Below, in pieces: positions 1 to 9,882 of a stretch of DNA of 64,000 bases; position 1 is the stretch's first letter; every line of letters starts with the position of its first letter. Source of the stretch: an uncultured Candidatus Binatia bacterium (GTDB lineage Bacteria; Desulfobacterota; Binatia; Binatales; Binataceae); contig CAYSCX010000008.1 in the NCBI GenBank assembly GCA_964429575.1, positions 16,217 through 80,216 on the forward strand, given 5' to 3'. Made by a program: the position numbers and the translations under genes. The notes under the pieces were generated by a model. That model searched no databases. It was given only the letters and a program-made list of their open reading frames with translations, and was not told where the DNA came from.

Positions 1-1001
1 CCTACCTTCGCGTGATCGTAAACCCGGCCGACGCGATAAGTCTCGAGCGGATGACCGGTGCGCCTCCACGCGGCATCGGGCGCAAGACGTTCGAGGCGAT
101 CGCGGAAATAGCCGCGCGCGAGAAGATCTCCATTTTCGAAGCGCTGGGACGCCTCGGCGCCGCCTCAGCCGTCGCGCTGCGAACCGCGAAGCAGGCCGAC
201 GCGCTGTACGAATGGATGCACGCGCTGGCTGTACGCGCACCAACTTTGGGCGTGCGCGCGCTGCTCGATGAAATCATCACGCAAAGCGGATACCTCGGAT
301 GGCTGGATACGCAGGCCGACGGCGCCGCGCGCCGTCAAAACCTCGCCGAGTTGCAGTCCGCCGCAAACGCATTCGATGCGGAAACCAGCCCCGGACGCCT
401 CGCCGATTTTCTCGAACGCGTCGCACTGGTGAATGATGCGGACCAGGTCGCGTCGCGAGGCGGACGGGTCGCGCTGATGACGCTGCACACCTCCAAGGGT
501 CTCGAATACCCGCTGGTCTTCATTGCGGGGATGGAGGAAGGGCTTTTTCCGCACAGCCGCTCGCAGGACCCCGGCGACGTCGAGGAGGAGCGGCGGCTCT
601 GCTACGTCGGCATGACCCGCGCGCGCCGCCTGCTATACGTGACCAACACGCGCTCGCGAGAGATGTACGGTGCACGCCAGGAGCCGCGTCCGTCGCGATT
701 CCTGGCGGAAATCGACCCCAGCCTGGTGCGCCGCCTCGGTGCGGTGCGGAGCACGCCGGTGCATGCGCGCGCCGCCGGCGATTCCTACATCGATTACACC
801 GACAGCCAGCTTGCGGAGGATGACCTTGCGCCCGACGCGATGGGCATCGGCGCGCGCGTCGTGCATCCGAGCTTTGGGCGAGGCGTAGTGCGCAGACGCG
901 AAGGGCGCGGCGACGGCGCCAAGGCGTGGGTCAACTTTGAGCGCGGCGGGCTGAAGCTGCTGGTGCTCAAATTTGCGAACCTGCGGCCGATTGCCGAGTA
1001 A
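1..1001 (+). CDS. uvrD: UvrD/PcrA/Rep-family SF1 DNA helicase, C-terminal part (5' end lies outside the window)
   Basis: The frame is open to the window edge (YLRVIVNPADAISLER...). SF1 motifs VALMTLHTSKGLEYPLVFIAGMEEGLFPH and RRLCYVGMTRARRLLYV are present. Confidence 0.9.
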   Translation, partial: YLRVIVNPADAISLERMTGAPPRGIGRKTFEAIAEIAAREKISIFEALGRLGAASAVALRTAKQADALYEWMHALAVRAPTLGVRALLDEIITQSGYLGWLDTQADGAARRQNLAELQSAANAFDAETSPGRLADFLERVALVNDADQVASRGGRVALMTLHTSKGLEYPLVFIAGMEEGLFPHSRSQDPGDVEEERRLCYVGMTRARRLLYVTNTRSREMYGARQEPRPSRFLAEIDPSLVRRLGAVRSTPVHARAAGDSYIDYTDSQLAEDDLAPDAMGIGARVVHPSFGRGVVRRREGRGDGAKAWVNFERGGLKLLVLKFANLRPIAE

Positions 1002-1028
1002 CGCGCGCTAACTTACAATTTCAAAAGG

Positions 1029-2153
1029 GTGGTGGCGGTTGCGGGGCGGAGGGGCGAGTCCGGGAAGCGTGGCCTGCCAGCATCATCATCGGTGAAGTAC
1101 CAGGTGCGGAAATCAGTAGTTTCAGCCGCGGCGTTGATCGTGGCGGCGCTGACGATCGCGTCGGCGCCTGAGGTCGCGCGCGCATGGGAGAACGTGGACT
1201 TCGCCAGACGCGCGCTCTTCGCGTACCCGATGCCCAAGGGCCGCGACGACATGATCGGCAATCCCATCATGTATCGCATCGACAAGGGCGACACGCTGCT
1301 CGACGTCGGACGCTGGTTCGGCGTTACCGCCAAGGAAATCTCGGATGCAAATGGCGGCCTTGACTGGTGGTCGCCGCCGGTGGGCCGACCCGTGATTTTG
1401 CCGACTGAACACATCCTGCCCGATGCGGATCGCAAGGGAATCGTGCTCAACATCCCGGAGATGCGCATCTACTACTACCACCCGGTCGCGGAGCGCGTCG
1501 CGAGTCGTTCGGAGGCGGTGAGCCGCGCCGCGTACCGCGTGCGCGGCGGATCAATGGATCGAGACATGTCGTCGCGCGTGGTTTATACCTTCCCGGTGGG
1601 GCTTGGGCGCTACGACTGGAAGACACCGGTCGGCAAGTTCAAGGTTCGCGGCAAGACGCGCAATCCAACCTGGGTGCTTCCTGATTCGATCTATCAGGAG
1701 CACGTCGAGCGCGACGGCGAGGCGCCCAAGCTGGTCAAGGGCGGCGACCCCGAAAATCCGCTGGGTCTCTACCGCATCGAGCTGACCCTGCCGCTATACG
1801 CGCTGCACGGAACCAACGTACCGTGGGGCGTCGGGATGCAAGTCAGCCACGGATGTGTGCGGCTCTACCCCGAGGACATCGAGCGGCTCTTCGACAAGGT
1901 CAAGGTCGGAACGCCGGGGCAGTTCGTGTATGAACCGATCAAATTCGGCTGGCGCGGCGATGCGCTATACGTCGAAGTACACGACGATCTCTACGGGATG
2001 TACCCGGGCCTGTGGGCGTATGCGCTGAGCGAAGTGAAGCGCGAGAAGCTCGAGGAATACGTCGATCCGCAAAAGCTCGAGAAGGCGGTCGTGCGCAAGA
2101 GCGGGCTTCCCACCTACGTGATGCCCGGACCGCCGCCAGACCTCGCCGGCTAA
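1029..2153 (+). CDS. L,D-transpeptidase (YkuD domain) with LysM domain
   Basis: LysM-like YRIDKGDTLLDVGRWFGVTAKEISDANG; YkuD catalytic motif ALHGTNVPWGVGMQVSHGCVRLYPEDI. The start is uncertain: an in-frame GTG at 1092 precedes a signal-like segment. Confidence 0.85.
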   Translation: MVAVAGRRGESGKRGLPASSSVKYQVRKSVVSAAALIVAALTIASAPEVARAWENVDFARRALFAYPMPKGRDDMIGNPIMYRIDKGDTLLDVGRWFGVTAKEISDANGGLDWWSPPVGRPVILPTEHILPDADRKGIVLNIPEMRIYYYHPVAERVASRSEAVSRAAYRVRGGSMDRDMSSRVVYTFPVGLGRYDWKTPVGKFKVRGKTRNPTWVLPDSIYQEHVERDGEAPKLVKGGDPENPLGLYRIELTLPLYALHGTNVPWGVGMQVSHGCVRLYPEDIERLFDKVKVGTPGQFVYEPIKFGWRGDALYVEVHDDLYGMYPGLWAYALSEVKREKLEEYVDPQKLEKAVVRKSGLPTYVMPGPPPDLAG

Positions 2154-2193
2154 TCTTTCGAGCCCGCCGAAACTTTTCCCGGACCGCCATCCG

Positions 2194-2676
2194 CTACACG
2201 TTTCGGGTCAAGGGGTGGCCGGCCCAGCCGGTATCGTACGGCGCGGTCATGCGCCCGATCGCGCGCAGACGCTTGAACTTCCACTCGCCGTTCACCCTCA
2301 CGTAGTCCTCCTCATGACGCCCGGACAGCCACCAAGCGCGGTTGCCATCGCGAAAAGTGAAAGGACCGAGGAAGTACCAAGTGCCTTTTGCGGTATCGCC
2401 CTGAACCTCGATGATCGGATTCATCGCGAAGTACTGCGAAAAGCTGATCTCCTTCTGAAAGCTGAGGAACAAGGCGCGCAGCGCTGCGTGCCCTTGATGC
2501 GCGCCGATACCTTCGGTCTCCCAGATCCCTTCGGCAGCGAACAGATTCGCTATTTCAGTGGCATTGTGATTGTCGTCGCACGCCCGGCAATACCGCGCCT
2601 TTAGTTTCTTGATCGCTTCGATGTCCTCAAGGATCGCGATTCTCTGTTCGAATGAGTTGATGGCCATCGTCGTCAC
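2194..2676 (-). CDS. SnoaL-like / NTF2-fold protein
   Basis: 160 aa. N-terminal IEAIKKLKARYCRACDD pattern typical of the SnoaL_4 / NTF2-like family. Clean ORF in a coding-dense region. Confidence 0.6.
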   Translation of the reverse strand: MTTMAINSFEQRIAILEDIEAIKKLKARYCRACDDNHNATEIANLFAAEGIWETEGIGAHQGHAALRALFLSFQKEISFSQYFAMNPIIEVQGDTAKGTWYFLGPFTFRDGNRAWWLSGRHEEDYVRVNGEWKFKRLRAIGRMTAPYDTGWAGHPLTRNV

Positions 2677-2829
2677 CTCCGGTTCGCGGTCGCAATCCTA
2701 TGCTGATCTCGTACCCGGCGTATCCTCTGGGCTGCCCGAACGTCTCGACCACTTCAAGTGTTATTGTAAACTGCCGCACTACCGAATGAAGTGAGATCAC
2801 GTCTTCCGCACGCAGGGGAGGAACTAATC

Positions 2830-3771
2830 ATGCTCGACGTTCGCCGCATGCTTATTGTTGCCGCGCTTCTCTCCGTCGGCTTTGCGAACCGCGCCGAGGC
2901 CGCATCACCGGTCGCGATCGCAACGGACGCTTGCCGGGCGACCGCGAAGGCGGCTCTGCGTTCCTGCCGGGCCGAAGCGCTGAGTGAGCAGTGGCTCGCC
3001 AAAGGAAAGTGCGACAACCTGCCTGATGCCGCGGCGACGACGGCTTGCAAGCAGCAAGCGGCGGCGGATGCCGAAGATGCGCTCATGACCTGCAATGAAC
3101 AGCGCGACCTGCGACAGATGGTGTGCATGCGCCTGGGCGCAGCACCCTACATCCCAGTGATCGATCCGGCGAACTTTGTCGCGACGATCGACAATCCCTT
3201 CTTCCCGCTGACCCCCGGCACAACCTTTATCTACGAGGGCGATACCGCCGACGGGTTCGAGCACGTCGAGTTCACCGTCACCCACAATACCCGCGTTATC
3301 CTGGGTGTCACCTGCATCGAGGTCCACGACACAGCGAGACTCAACGGCGTACTCCTGGAAGATACGCGCGATTGGTTTGCTCAGGACACCGATGGCAACG
3401 TCTGGTACTTCGGCGAAAACACCACACTCGTCGACGGCGGTTTGCCGGTGGACTTGTCGGGCACTTGGACGGCCGGTGTGGACGGGGCCCAGCCGGGCAT
3501 CATCATGAAGGCCCATCCGGCGATCGGCGACTTTTACCGCCAGGAGTTCCTGCTCGGCGAAGCCGAGGACTTGGCGGAAGTGAAGAGCCTCAGCGACTCC
3601 GCCACCGTCCCTTACGGCTCGTTCGATCACTGCCTGAAGACCGAGGAGAGTTCACCCCTGGCGCCCGGCGACGTCGAGAACAAGTTCTATGTCGCGGGGG
3701 TCGGCAATTTACTAACGATTGACCTGAGCACCGGCGAGAGATCGGAACTCGTGCAAATCACGACGGAATGA
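2830..3771 (+). CDS. secreted hypothetical protein
   Basis: ATG at 2830 preceded by GGGGAGGAA. N-terminal signal peptide MLDVRRMLIVAALLSVGFANRAEA. No family recognised. Confidence 0.6.
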   Translation: MLDVRRMLIVAALLSVGFANRAEAASPVAIATDACRATAKAALRSCRAEALSEQWLAKGKCDNLPDAAATTACKQQAAADAEDALMTCNEQRDLRQMVCMRLGAAPYIPVIDPANFVATIDNPFFPLTPGTTFIYEGDTADGFEHVEFTVTHNTRVILGVTCIEVHDTARLNGVLLEDTRDWFAQDTDGNVWYFGENTTLVDGGLPVDLSGTWTAGVDGAQPGIIMKAHPAIGDFYRQEFLLGEAEDLAEVKSLSDSATVPYGSFDHCLKTEESSPLAPGDVENKFYVAGVGNLLTIDLSTGERSELVQITTE

Positions 3772-3957
3772 CCGACGCTCGCGGCCACGCCGAAAACCCC
3801 GTTGACGCCGATCACGTTTCCATCCGGACTGAGAAGTCCCGCAGATTGATCTTCGCGGTGCACAGAGCGATCATCAGACGTTCAGCGCCAGACCTCGATT
3901 TCCGGCGTGTCACACGTCAGGACATTTGCGTCGAACCGACCGCGAGGAGAACCCGCC

Positions 3958-4386
3958 ATGGCAGTCAAAGCAGTTCCGGAAGGGTACGGCACCGTCACTC
4001 CGTTCCTGACCGTTAAGGGAGCGGCCAAAATCATTGATTTCCTCAAACAGGCATTCGGAGCGGAAGAGATCATGCGCATGCCCGGGCCCGGCGGCGTGGT
4101 CATGCACGCCGAGGTCAACATCGGCAATTCCCGCCTGATGCTGAGCGAAGCGATGCAGAACCCGCCGTCACAGAGCTCGTTCTATCTGTACGTGAACGAT
4201 GCAGACGCGATGTACGAGCGCGCGTTGGCGGCCGGCGCCACCTCGCAGATCGAGCCCAAGGACGAGTTCTGGGGAGACCGCACCGCGATGGTGAGGGATC
4301 CCTTCGGCAACGTCTGGTCGGTCGCGACTCACAAGGAAGATGTGTCTCCTGAGGAGCTGGCGAAGCGGATGGCTGCCGCCCGCTGA
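3958..4386 (+). CDS. VOC-superfamily (glyoxalase/PhnB-like) protein
   Basis: ATG at 3958 preceded by GAGGAGA. The AVPEGYGTVTPFLTVKGAAKIIDFLKQAFGAEE and GDRTAMVRDPFGNVWSVATH pattern is typical of PhnB-like VOC proteins. Confidence 0.75.
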   Translation: MAVKAVPEGYGTVTPFLTVKGAAKIIDFLKQAFGAEEIMRMPGPGGVVMHAEVNIGNSRLMLSEAMQNPPSQSSFYLYVNDADAMYERALAAGATSQIEPKDEFWGDRTAMVRDPFGNVWSVATHKEDVSPEELAKRMAAAR

Positions 4387-4703
4387 AAGGCCCCCGTCCT
4401 CACGGATGTCGGCGCGCGCCGACCGCGTTGGCACAATTGGGCGCCGATGCTGAGAAGTGTGTTGCTGAATCGGTTCCCACTTCTATTGGCGGTCGCGATC
4501 ATTTCTGCTGTCGTGAGTCTCGCGGTTCGCAGAAATCGGGAGAGGATCAGACGCGAAACGACGACGCGATCAAACAGAGCGCGATTGGAGAACGCCGACC
4601 AAGATCCTCCAAGGCCATCCCACGGTCCGCCCAGCTTGCCTTGGTTCACGGGACCGCCACCGGACCCGGCCGGATAGCTACGGGCGTTCGCGAGCGTCAA
4701 GCG

Positions 4704-6365
4704 CTAGCTGTGGCCGGGCGGCCGGGACGCCGTCCTCAAATGATGCTCGGTACCACCCGGCATCTTGTGCAGCAGATAAATCTCGCGCTCGCCGATTCCG
4801 AACGGTCCTGGCCAAGAGAGTCGTCTCACCACTTTGGCGCCCGGCGCCGGAACCTCGCTCAGTGTGTAGTCCGAAAGTCCTCCCGCGGTGAGCATCGGGA
4901 TTCCTTTCTCTTCGGCCTCGGTGTCCGCGCCACACGCCGAGTAGCGGTAGAGGTCCTCGCCGTTTAGGGGATAGCCCGCATCGATCTTGTCGCGTGGGAC
5001 TCCCTGGCGCTCGAGCGTATCGCGCGCCGCGACGAGAGCCGCGAGTCCGCGCTGATGCGAATAGACGCCGCCCAACGACAGCAATCCCATCGCCGCGACC
5101 ATCGCGCACCCCGCCGCCATCGTGATTCGCGGCCGCGGCAACGGCGCAAGCGCGACCAACAAGCATCCCGCCGGCACCAGGACCAGGTCGTAGCGATCAT
5201 TGAAGAACCAGAGCGGAATCGTACCGACCCAGTACACCGCGGCGCCCAGCAGCACCGCGACCGTGGCGCGATGGAGGTGTTGAGCAACGTTCCTCATTGC
5301 GACGATAAGCCCCGCCGCACCGAGGCTGCCGGCCGCAATGACGACCCACTGCCATGGGCCATCCCAACTGAAATTTTCCGCCCCGCCGTGGAGTCCCAAC
5401 GCATCGCGCCAACCCCCAAAGCAGGTGAGGGCTGGCGTCGCACTAGGATGCGGGTCGAGGCGGATCAGAAATATTGCGGTCGCAGCGATCGCGAGCCCGA
5501 TGAGTGCGGTGTCGAACCACCTGCCGCGCGAGCGGATCTGCCAGACCGCGAGCGGCGCGAGTACCAACCCAAGGTAGATCGCGGGTGAAAGCAATCCCGC
5601 GCGCAGATATCCGGCGAATGGAACGTCGAACAACAGCGCAAAGTCACCGTTGCGATTTGCAAGGTCCCATGGCGGTGTGCGTATCACCGTAAGCCAGATC
5701 CAAATCGCGGCACATGCGATGAGTCCCACCGCGAAGGGAGCGAGGATGCGAAGGTACGCCAAGTCCGCGCGCACGCGCGCGCGGCCGCCGGACATATCGA
5801 GCATCGACGCGCCCGCGCATCCCAGGATCGCCGCGGCGCCGAACGGACGGATCGTAAACGCGGCGACGCCCAGCAGCGCGCTCGCCCACAACCAGCGCGT
5901 CTCATGCGCGCCGTCGGCATTCGCGTACGCAAGGTATGCTCCGACCATCAATGTCACGAACGGAATTTCCGTCATGAACGAGAAGCTCAAGAACATGTAA
6001 CACGGGTTGCAGACGAGCAGGCCGGTCGCGAGCAGCGCCTGCCACTGGTTCGCGCCGCAGCGCCGCGCGAGACACCAGAACAGCCAGCCGCCGAGAATCG
6101 CGAGGGCCATCACCGAAACGTCGAGCGACGCGTCGCTCGCGCCGAAGAGCCGTCCCCACGCCGCACCGTAGGCGACCTGCCCCACCGGCATCGCCTCGGT
6201 GTACCCCGCGAACCGAATCGAGCCGGTGACGGCAAACCAGCGTGCCGCCTCCGCATAGATCCAACTGTCCACTACCGGTGCATCCGCGAGCGGACGAACC
6301 GCGGCGTACGCCAATCCGAACCAAGCCGCGATGATTGCAAGGGAAACGAGCCAGAAGCGTTTCAA
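4704..6365 (-). CDS. polytopic membrane glycosyltransferase, GT39/GT83 (ArnT/PMT-like)
   Basis: 553 aa and highly hydrophobic with many predicted TM segments. The N-terminal region has the ArnT/PMT_2-like layout. TTG start at 6365 with GAAAGG upstream. Confidence 0.7.
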   Translation of the reverse strand: MKRFWLVSLAIIAAWFGLAYAAVRPLADAPVVDSWIYAEAARWFAVTGSIRFAGYTEAMPVGQVAYGAAWGRLFGASDASLDVSVMALAILGGWLFWCLARRCGANQWQALLATGLLVCNPCYMFLSFSFMTEIPFVTLMVGAYLAYANADGAHETRWLWASALLGVAAFTIRPFGAAAILGCAGASMLDMSGGRARVRADLAYLRILAPFAVGLIACAAIWIWLTVIRTPPWDLANRNGDFALLFDVPFAGYLRAGLLSPAIYLGLVLAPLAVWQIRSRGRWFDTALIGLAIAATAIFLIRLDPHPSATPALTCFGGWRDALGLHGGAENFSWDGPWQWVVIAAGSLGAAGLIVAMRNVAQHLHRATVAVLLGAAVYWVGTIPLWFFNDRYDLVLVPAGCLLVALAPLPRPRITMAAGCAMVAAMGLLSLGGVYSHQRGLAALVAARDTLERQGVPRDKIDAGYPLNGEDLYRYSACGADTEAEEKGIPMLTAGGLSDYTLSEVPAPGAKVVRRLSWPGPFGIGEREIYLLHKMPGGTEHHLRTASRPPGHS

Positions 6366-6497
6366 GTCGATGTTGCCTTTCGTGGCTATATTCTATGCTC
6401 TATAATCACGCCGCAACCATGTCGTGACCTGTTGCAATTTGAACGCTGCCCGATCGATCGGGCACCGAGCGTCCTTGGCCGGCACGCCGACTCACAC

Positions 6498-7718
6498 TTG
6501 AGCACCGTTCCAAATCGAAAGCTCACCGCGGCGGCGCCGCGTCAGGTACCATTTCACCGGCCGTCGATGGGCCCCGACGAGGAACGCGAGGTACTCGAGG
6601 CTCTGCGCTCCGGATGGATAACAACCGGCCCCAAGACTAAACGGTTTGAGAAAGAATTCGGGGCTTACGCCGGCGCGAAACATTCGCTGGCGGTCTCGCA
6701 TTGCACCGGCGGCCTCCACCTGGCGCTGTGGGCGTTGGGGATTGGACCCGGCGATGAAGTGATCACGACGCCGTTCACGTTCACGGCCACCGCGGAAGTC
6801 ATCGGTTATCTGGGCGCACGCCCGGTGTTCGTAGATATCGACCCCGGAACGCTCAACATCAATCCAGCGCGCATCGAGGAAGCGCTCGAAAGTGGCAAGC
6901 ATCGCAACGTCCGCGCGATGCTACCAGTGCATTTCGCCGGACACCCGTGCGACATGGACCGCCTGCTGGCGATCTCGCGGCAGTATGGACTGCGCATCGT
7001 GGAAGACGCGGCGCATGCGGCCGGCGCCGCGCGCCACCTCGACGGCCGCGGCATGACGCGAATTGGCGCCATCGGCGACCTCACCTGCTTCAGCTTCTAT
7101 GCGACCAAAAACATTACCAGCGCCGAAGGCGGCATGGTGACGACGGAGGACGACTCGCTCGCGGAGCGGATCGCCGTCGCGAGCCTGCACGGGATGAACC
7201 GCGATGCGTGGAAGCGCTATGACCGCAGCGGTTCGTGGTACTACGAAATTCATGACGTCGGCTTCAAGTACAACCTCTCCGACGTGCACTCCGCAATAGG
7301 ACTCGCGCAGCTCCGCCGCGCGGACGACTTCATGCGCCGCCGCACCGCAATCGCCGCGGCGTATAGCGGCGCGTTCCGTTCGGTTGATGCGCTGCAGGTT
7401 CCTTACAGCGAACGCGCGATCGAACACGCGTGGCATCTCTACGTGCTGCGCCTCAAGCCCGCCATGCTGCGCATCGGCCGCGACCAAATGGTTGAACTCC
7501 TGCGCGAGCGCGGCATCGGCACGTCGGTCCACTGCATCCCGCTGCACACCATGCACTTTTACCAGCAGCGCTACGGCTACCGGACAGGCGACTTCCCGGT
7601 CGCTGAGGAGGTTTACAGCCGCTGCCTCTCGCTTCCGATTTTTCCGTCGATGACCGATGAGGACGTGAGCTACGTGATCGGAAACGTGCTCGAGGTGATT
7701 GGCGACAATCGCCGCTGA
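6498..7718 (+). CDS. DegT/DnrJ/EryC1/StrS-family PLP sugar aminotransferase (ArnB-like)
   Basis: [38 protein letters not shown] aligns with the N-terminus of ArnB-type enzymes, so the start must lie upstream of the ATG at 6567. In-frame TTG at 6498 chosen. The track ORF beginning at 5904 is an over-extension. Confidence 0.85.
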   Translation: MSTVPNRKLTAAAPRQVPFHRPSMGPDEEREVLEALRSGWITTGPKTKRFEKEFGAYAGAKHSLAVSHCTGGLHLALWALGIGPGDEVITTPFTFTATAEVIGYLGARPVFVDIDPGTLNINPARIEEALESGKHRNVRAMLPVHFAGHPCDMDRLLAISRQYGLRIVEDAAHAAGAARHLDGRGMTRIGAIGDLTCFSFYATKNITSAEGGMVTTEDDSLAERIAVASLHGMNRDAWKRYDRSGSWYYEIHDVGFKYNLSDVHSAIGLAQLRRADDFMRRRTAIAAAYSGAFRSVDALQVPYSERAIEHAWHLYVLRLKPAMLRIGRDQMVELLRERGIGTSVHCIPLHTMHFYQQRYGYRTGDFPVAEEVYSRCLSLPIFPSMTDEDVSYVIGNVLEVIGDNRR

Positions 7719-7744
7719 CGGCGCGGCGTTTTGAGGATGGCAAC

Positions 7745-8686
7745 GTGCGCGTACTAGTAACCGGAGGCGCGGGATTTCTCGGCTCGCATCTGTGCGATCG
7801 GCTGGTGGCAGACGGTCACGACGTCATCTGCCTCGACAATTTTTTCAGCGGCAAGCGAACCAACGTCGAGCATCTGCGCAGCAGGCCGAACTTCGAACTC
7901 GTCCGCCATGACGTGGTGGAGCCGATTTTGCTCGAGGTGGATCGCATCTTTCATCTCGCCTGCCCCGCATCGCCGGTCCACTACCAGTACAACCCGGTCA
8001 AAACGATCAAGACCAGCGTAATGGGCGCCATCAACATGCTGGGACTTGCGAAGCGGGTGCGCGCGCGAATCCTGCTTACCTCGACCAGCGAAGTGTACGG
8101 CGACCCCGAGCAGCATCCGCAGACCGAAAGCTATTGGGGCAATGTGAATCCGATCGGCGTGCGCTCCTGCTACGACGAAGGCAAGCGCGTCGCGGAATGC
8201 CTGATGATGGACTACCACCGGCAGAACAAAGTGGACATTCGCATCGTTCGCCTCTTCAACACCTATGGTCCGCGCATGGCGCAGAACGATGGGCGCGTGG
8301 TGTCCAATTTCTGCGTCGCGGCGCTCAAGGGCGACGACCTGGAGATTTACGGCGACGGCACGCAGACCCGATCCTTTGCGTACGTCGATGACATCATCGA
8401 GGGGCTGGTGCGCATGATGAACCAGGAGGGCTTCATCGGGCCGGTCAACATCGGCAACCCCGACGAGTTCACGATTCGCGAGCTCGCGGACCTCGCCATT
8501 GAGCTCGCGCGCAGCCGGTCGAAGGTGGTGTGCAAAGCGGCGCGCCCCGATGATCCGGTTCGCCGCCGCCCCGACATTTCGCTCGCGAAGAAGAAGCTCG
8601 GCTGGCAGCCGAAGACGGCGCTGCGCGAGGGTCTGGGGCTGACCATGGAGCACTTTCGCAGCGAGCTTGGCATGGTGAGCGCGTAG
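7745..8686 (+). CDS. UDP-glucuronate decarboxylase (UXS-type extended SDR)
   Basis: [20 protein letters not shown] Rossmann motif. The [20 protein letters not shown] and [10 protein letters not shown] signatures are typical of UDP-xylose synthase-like enzymes. GTG start. Confidence 0.85.
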   Translation: MRVLVTGGAGFLGSHLCDRLVADGHDVICLDNFFSGKRTNVEHLRSRPNFELVRHDVVEPILLEVDRIFHLACPASPVHYQYNPVKTIKTSVMGAINMLGLAKRVRARILLTSTSEVYGDPEQHPQTESYWGNVNPIGVRSCYDEGKRVAECLMMDYHRQNKVDIRIVRLFNTYGPRMAQNDGRVVSNFCVAALKGDDLEIYGDGTQTRSFAYVDDIIEGLVRMMNQEGFIGPVNIGNPDEFTIRELADLAIELARSRSKVVCKAARPDDPVRRRPDISLAKKKLGWQPKTALREGLGLTMEHFRSELGMVSA

Positions 8687-8751
8687 ATTGGCGCGCGCTC
8701 AGCGCAAGCACGTTGATCTCATTCTCCAATCCGCAATTCGGAGGCACAAAA

Positions 8752-9525
8752 ATGCCAACAGCATTGATCACCGGAGCATCTAGTGGATTCGGCGAAGAGT
8801 TCGCGCGCCAGCTTGCGCGACGCAAGTTCGATCTCGTGCTCACCGCACGCCGAAAGGAGCGGCTCGAGACGGTCGCGGCGGAGGCGAAGCGTCTCGGCGC
8901 GTCAAACGCGACGGTAATCGCGGCGGACCTTGGAACTCCGAATGCGGCGGGCGACATCCACCGCCAGCTGAGCGACGCCAAAATCGCGGTCGACTACCTC
9001 GTGAACAACGCGGGCTTCGGCACCCGCGGAAGATTCGATCGGCTTGCGCTCGATCGCGAACTCGAACAGGTCAAGCTCAACGTCACCGCATTGGTCACGC
9101 TCACAGGGTTGTTCATGCCCGCCATGGTCGAGCGCGGGCGTGGGATGATCATCAATGTGGCATCCACGGCGGCATTCCAACCGGTCCCATTCATGGCGAC
9201 CTACGGCGCGACCAAGGCGTTCGTGCTGAGTTTATCCGAGGCGCTCGCGGAAGAACTATCGGGCTCGGGCGTCAGGGTGATGGCTCTTTGTCCGGGTCCG
9301 TCGCGCACGGAGTTTCAAGCGGTCGCGAACGTGCTGGATGCGAAGATGCCGAGCTTCGCATACATGGACGCGAAATCGGTAGTCGCGAAGGCGATCGACG
9401 CGGCCGAGCGCGGCAAGGCGGTCCGAATCACGGGCGCGATGAACTTCATGCTCGCGCAATCCGCCAGGATCACGCCCCGGCGGGTCGTCGCGAAGATCGC
9501 GGGCTCGATGTTTCGCGTCGCTTGA
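8752..9525 (+). CDS. short-chain dehydrogenase/reductase (classical SDR)
   Basis: ATG at 8752 after GGAGG. TGASSGFG cofactor motif, NNAG, and YGATKAF (YxxxK) catalytic motif. Confidence 0.85.
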   Translation: MPTALITGASSGFGEEFARQLARRKFDLVLTARRKERLETVAAEAKRLGASNATVIAADLGTPNAAGDIHRQLSDAKIAVDYLVNNAGFGTRGRFDRLALDRELEQVKLNVTALVTLTGLFMPAMVERGRGMIINVASTAAFQPVPFMATYGATKAFVLSLSEALAEELSGSGVRVMALCPGPSRTEFQAVANVLDAKMPSFAYMDAKSVVAKAIDAAERGKAVRITGAMNFMLAQSARITPRRVVAKIAGSMFRVA

Positions 9526-9600
9526 GATCTCTTGCTTGCGCGTCCCCGTGTGCCGAGAGGATGATGTTTCGCTGTCGGCGGCGACCGCTCCGCCGCCGCC

Positions 9601-9876
9601 GTGACGAATCGAATGCGGCGAACACCGATCACAATGATGCTCGCCGTTGTCGCCACGCTCGCGGCCGGCTGCGTTCCCGAGCCTCCCAAGATGGCGCCGG
9701 CGGCCGGGCCGCTTGGGCCGGTATCTGCGCCCGTCGCGGCAAAGAATCAGGACGATTGGAATATCTTTCCGGATCCGGTGACCGGGCGCGTCGAGATCTA
9801 CAATAACGGAGAATACGTCGGCTCGGTCACCGGCGACGAGCCTGAAGACCCGCCGATTCCGCGCAGGCGCGAGTAG
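9601..9876 (+). CDS. small lipoprotein, hypothetical
   Basis: Lipobox LAAGC after a hydrophobic leader (MMLAVVATLAAGC). No family recognised. The start could be the ATG at 9613. Confidence 0.45.
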   Translation: MTNRMRRTPITMMLAVVATLAAGCVPEPPKMAPAAGPLGPVSAPVAAKNQDDWNIFPDPVTGRVEIYNNGEYVGSVTGDEPEDPPIPRRRE

Positions 9877-9882
9877 CGCGCG

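Noticed and set aside
4447-4677. 76-aa ORF with one hydrophobic segment between the VOC gene and the ArnT-like gene
   Set aside because: It has no SD and a Pro/Arg-rich tail, and overlapping alternative ORFs occur on both strands. It could be a small membrane protein but cannot be supported from sequence alone.
5904-6497. N-terminal about 198 codons of the 604-aa plus-strand ORF 5904-7718
   Set aside because: This part is antisense to the ArnT-like membrane protein gene and is Arg/Glu/His-rich with no family signal. Aminotransferase similarity begins only around 6540, so it is a high-GC shadow extension.
7754-8653. 299-aa minus-strand ORF opposite the UXS-like gene. Similar shadow ORFs occur at 10096-10989, 20507-21448, 32035-33129, 35513-36268, 42792-43523, 44469-45311 and 57057-57920.
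   Set aside because: Each lies fully inside a confidently assigned gene on the other strand or in another frame and has low-complexity Arg/Ala/His-rich composition.
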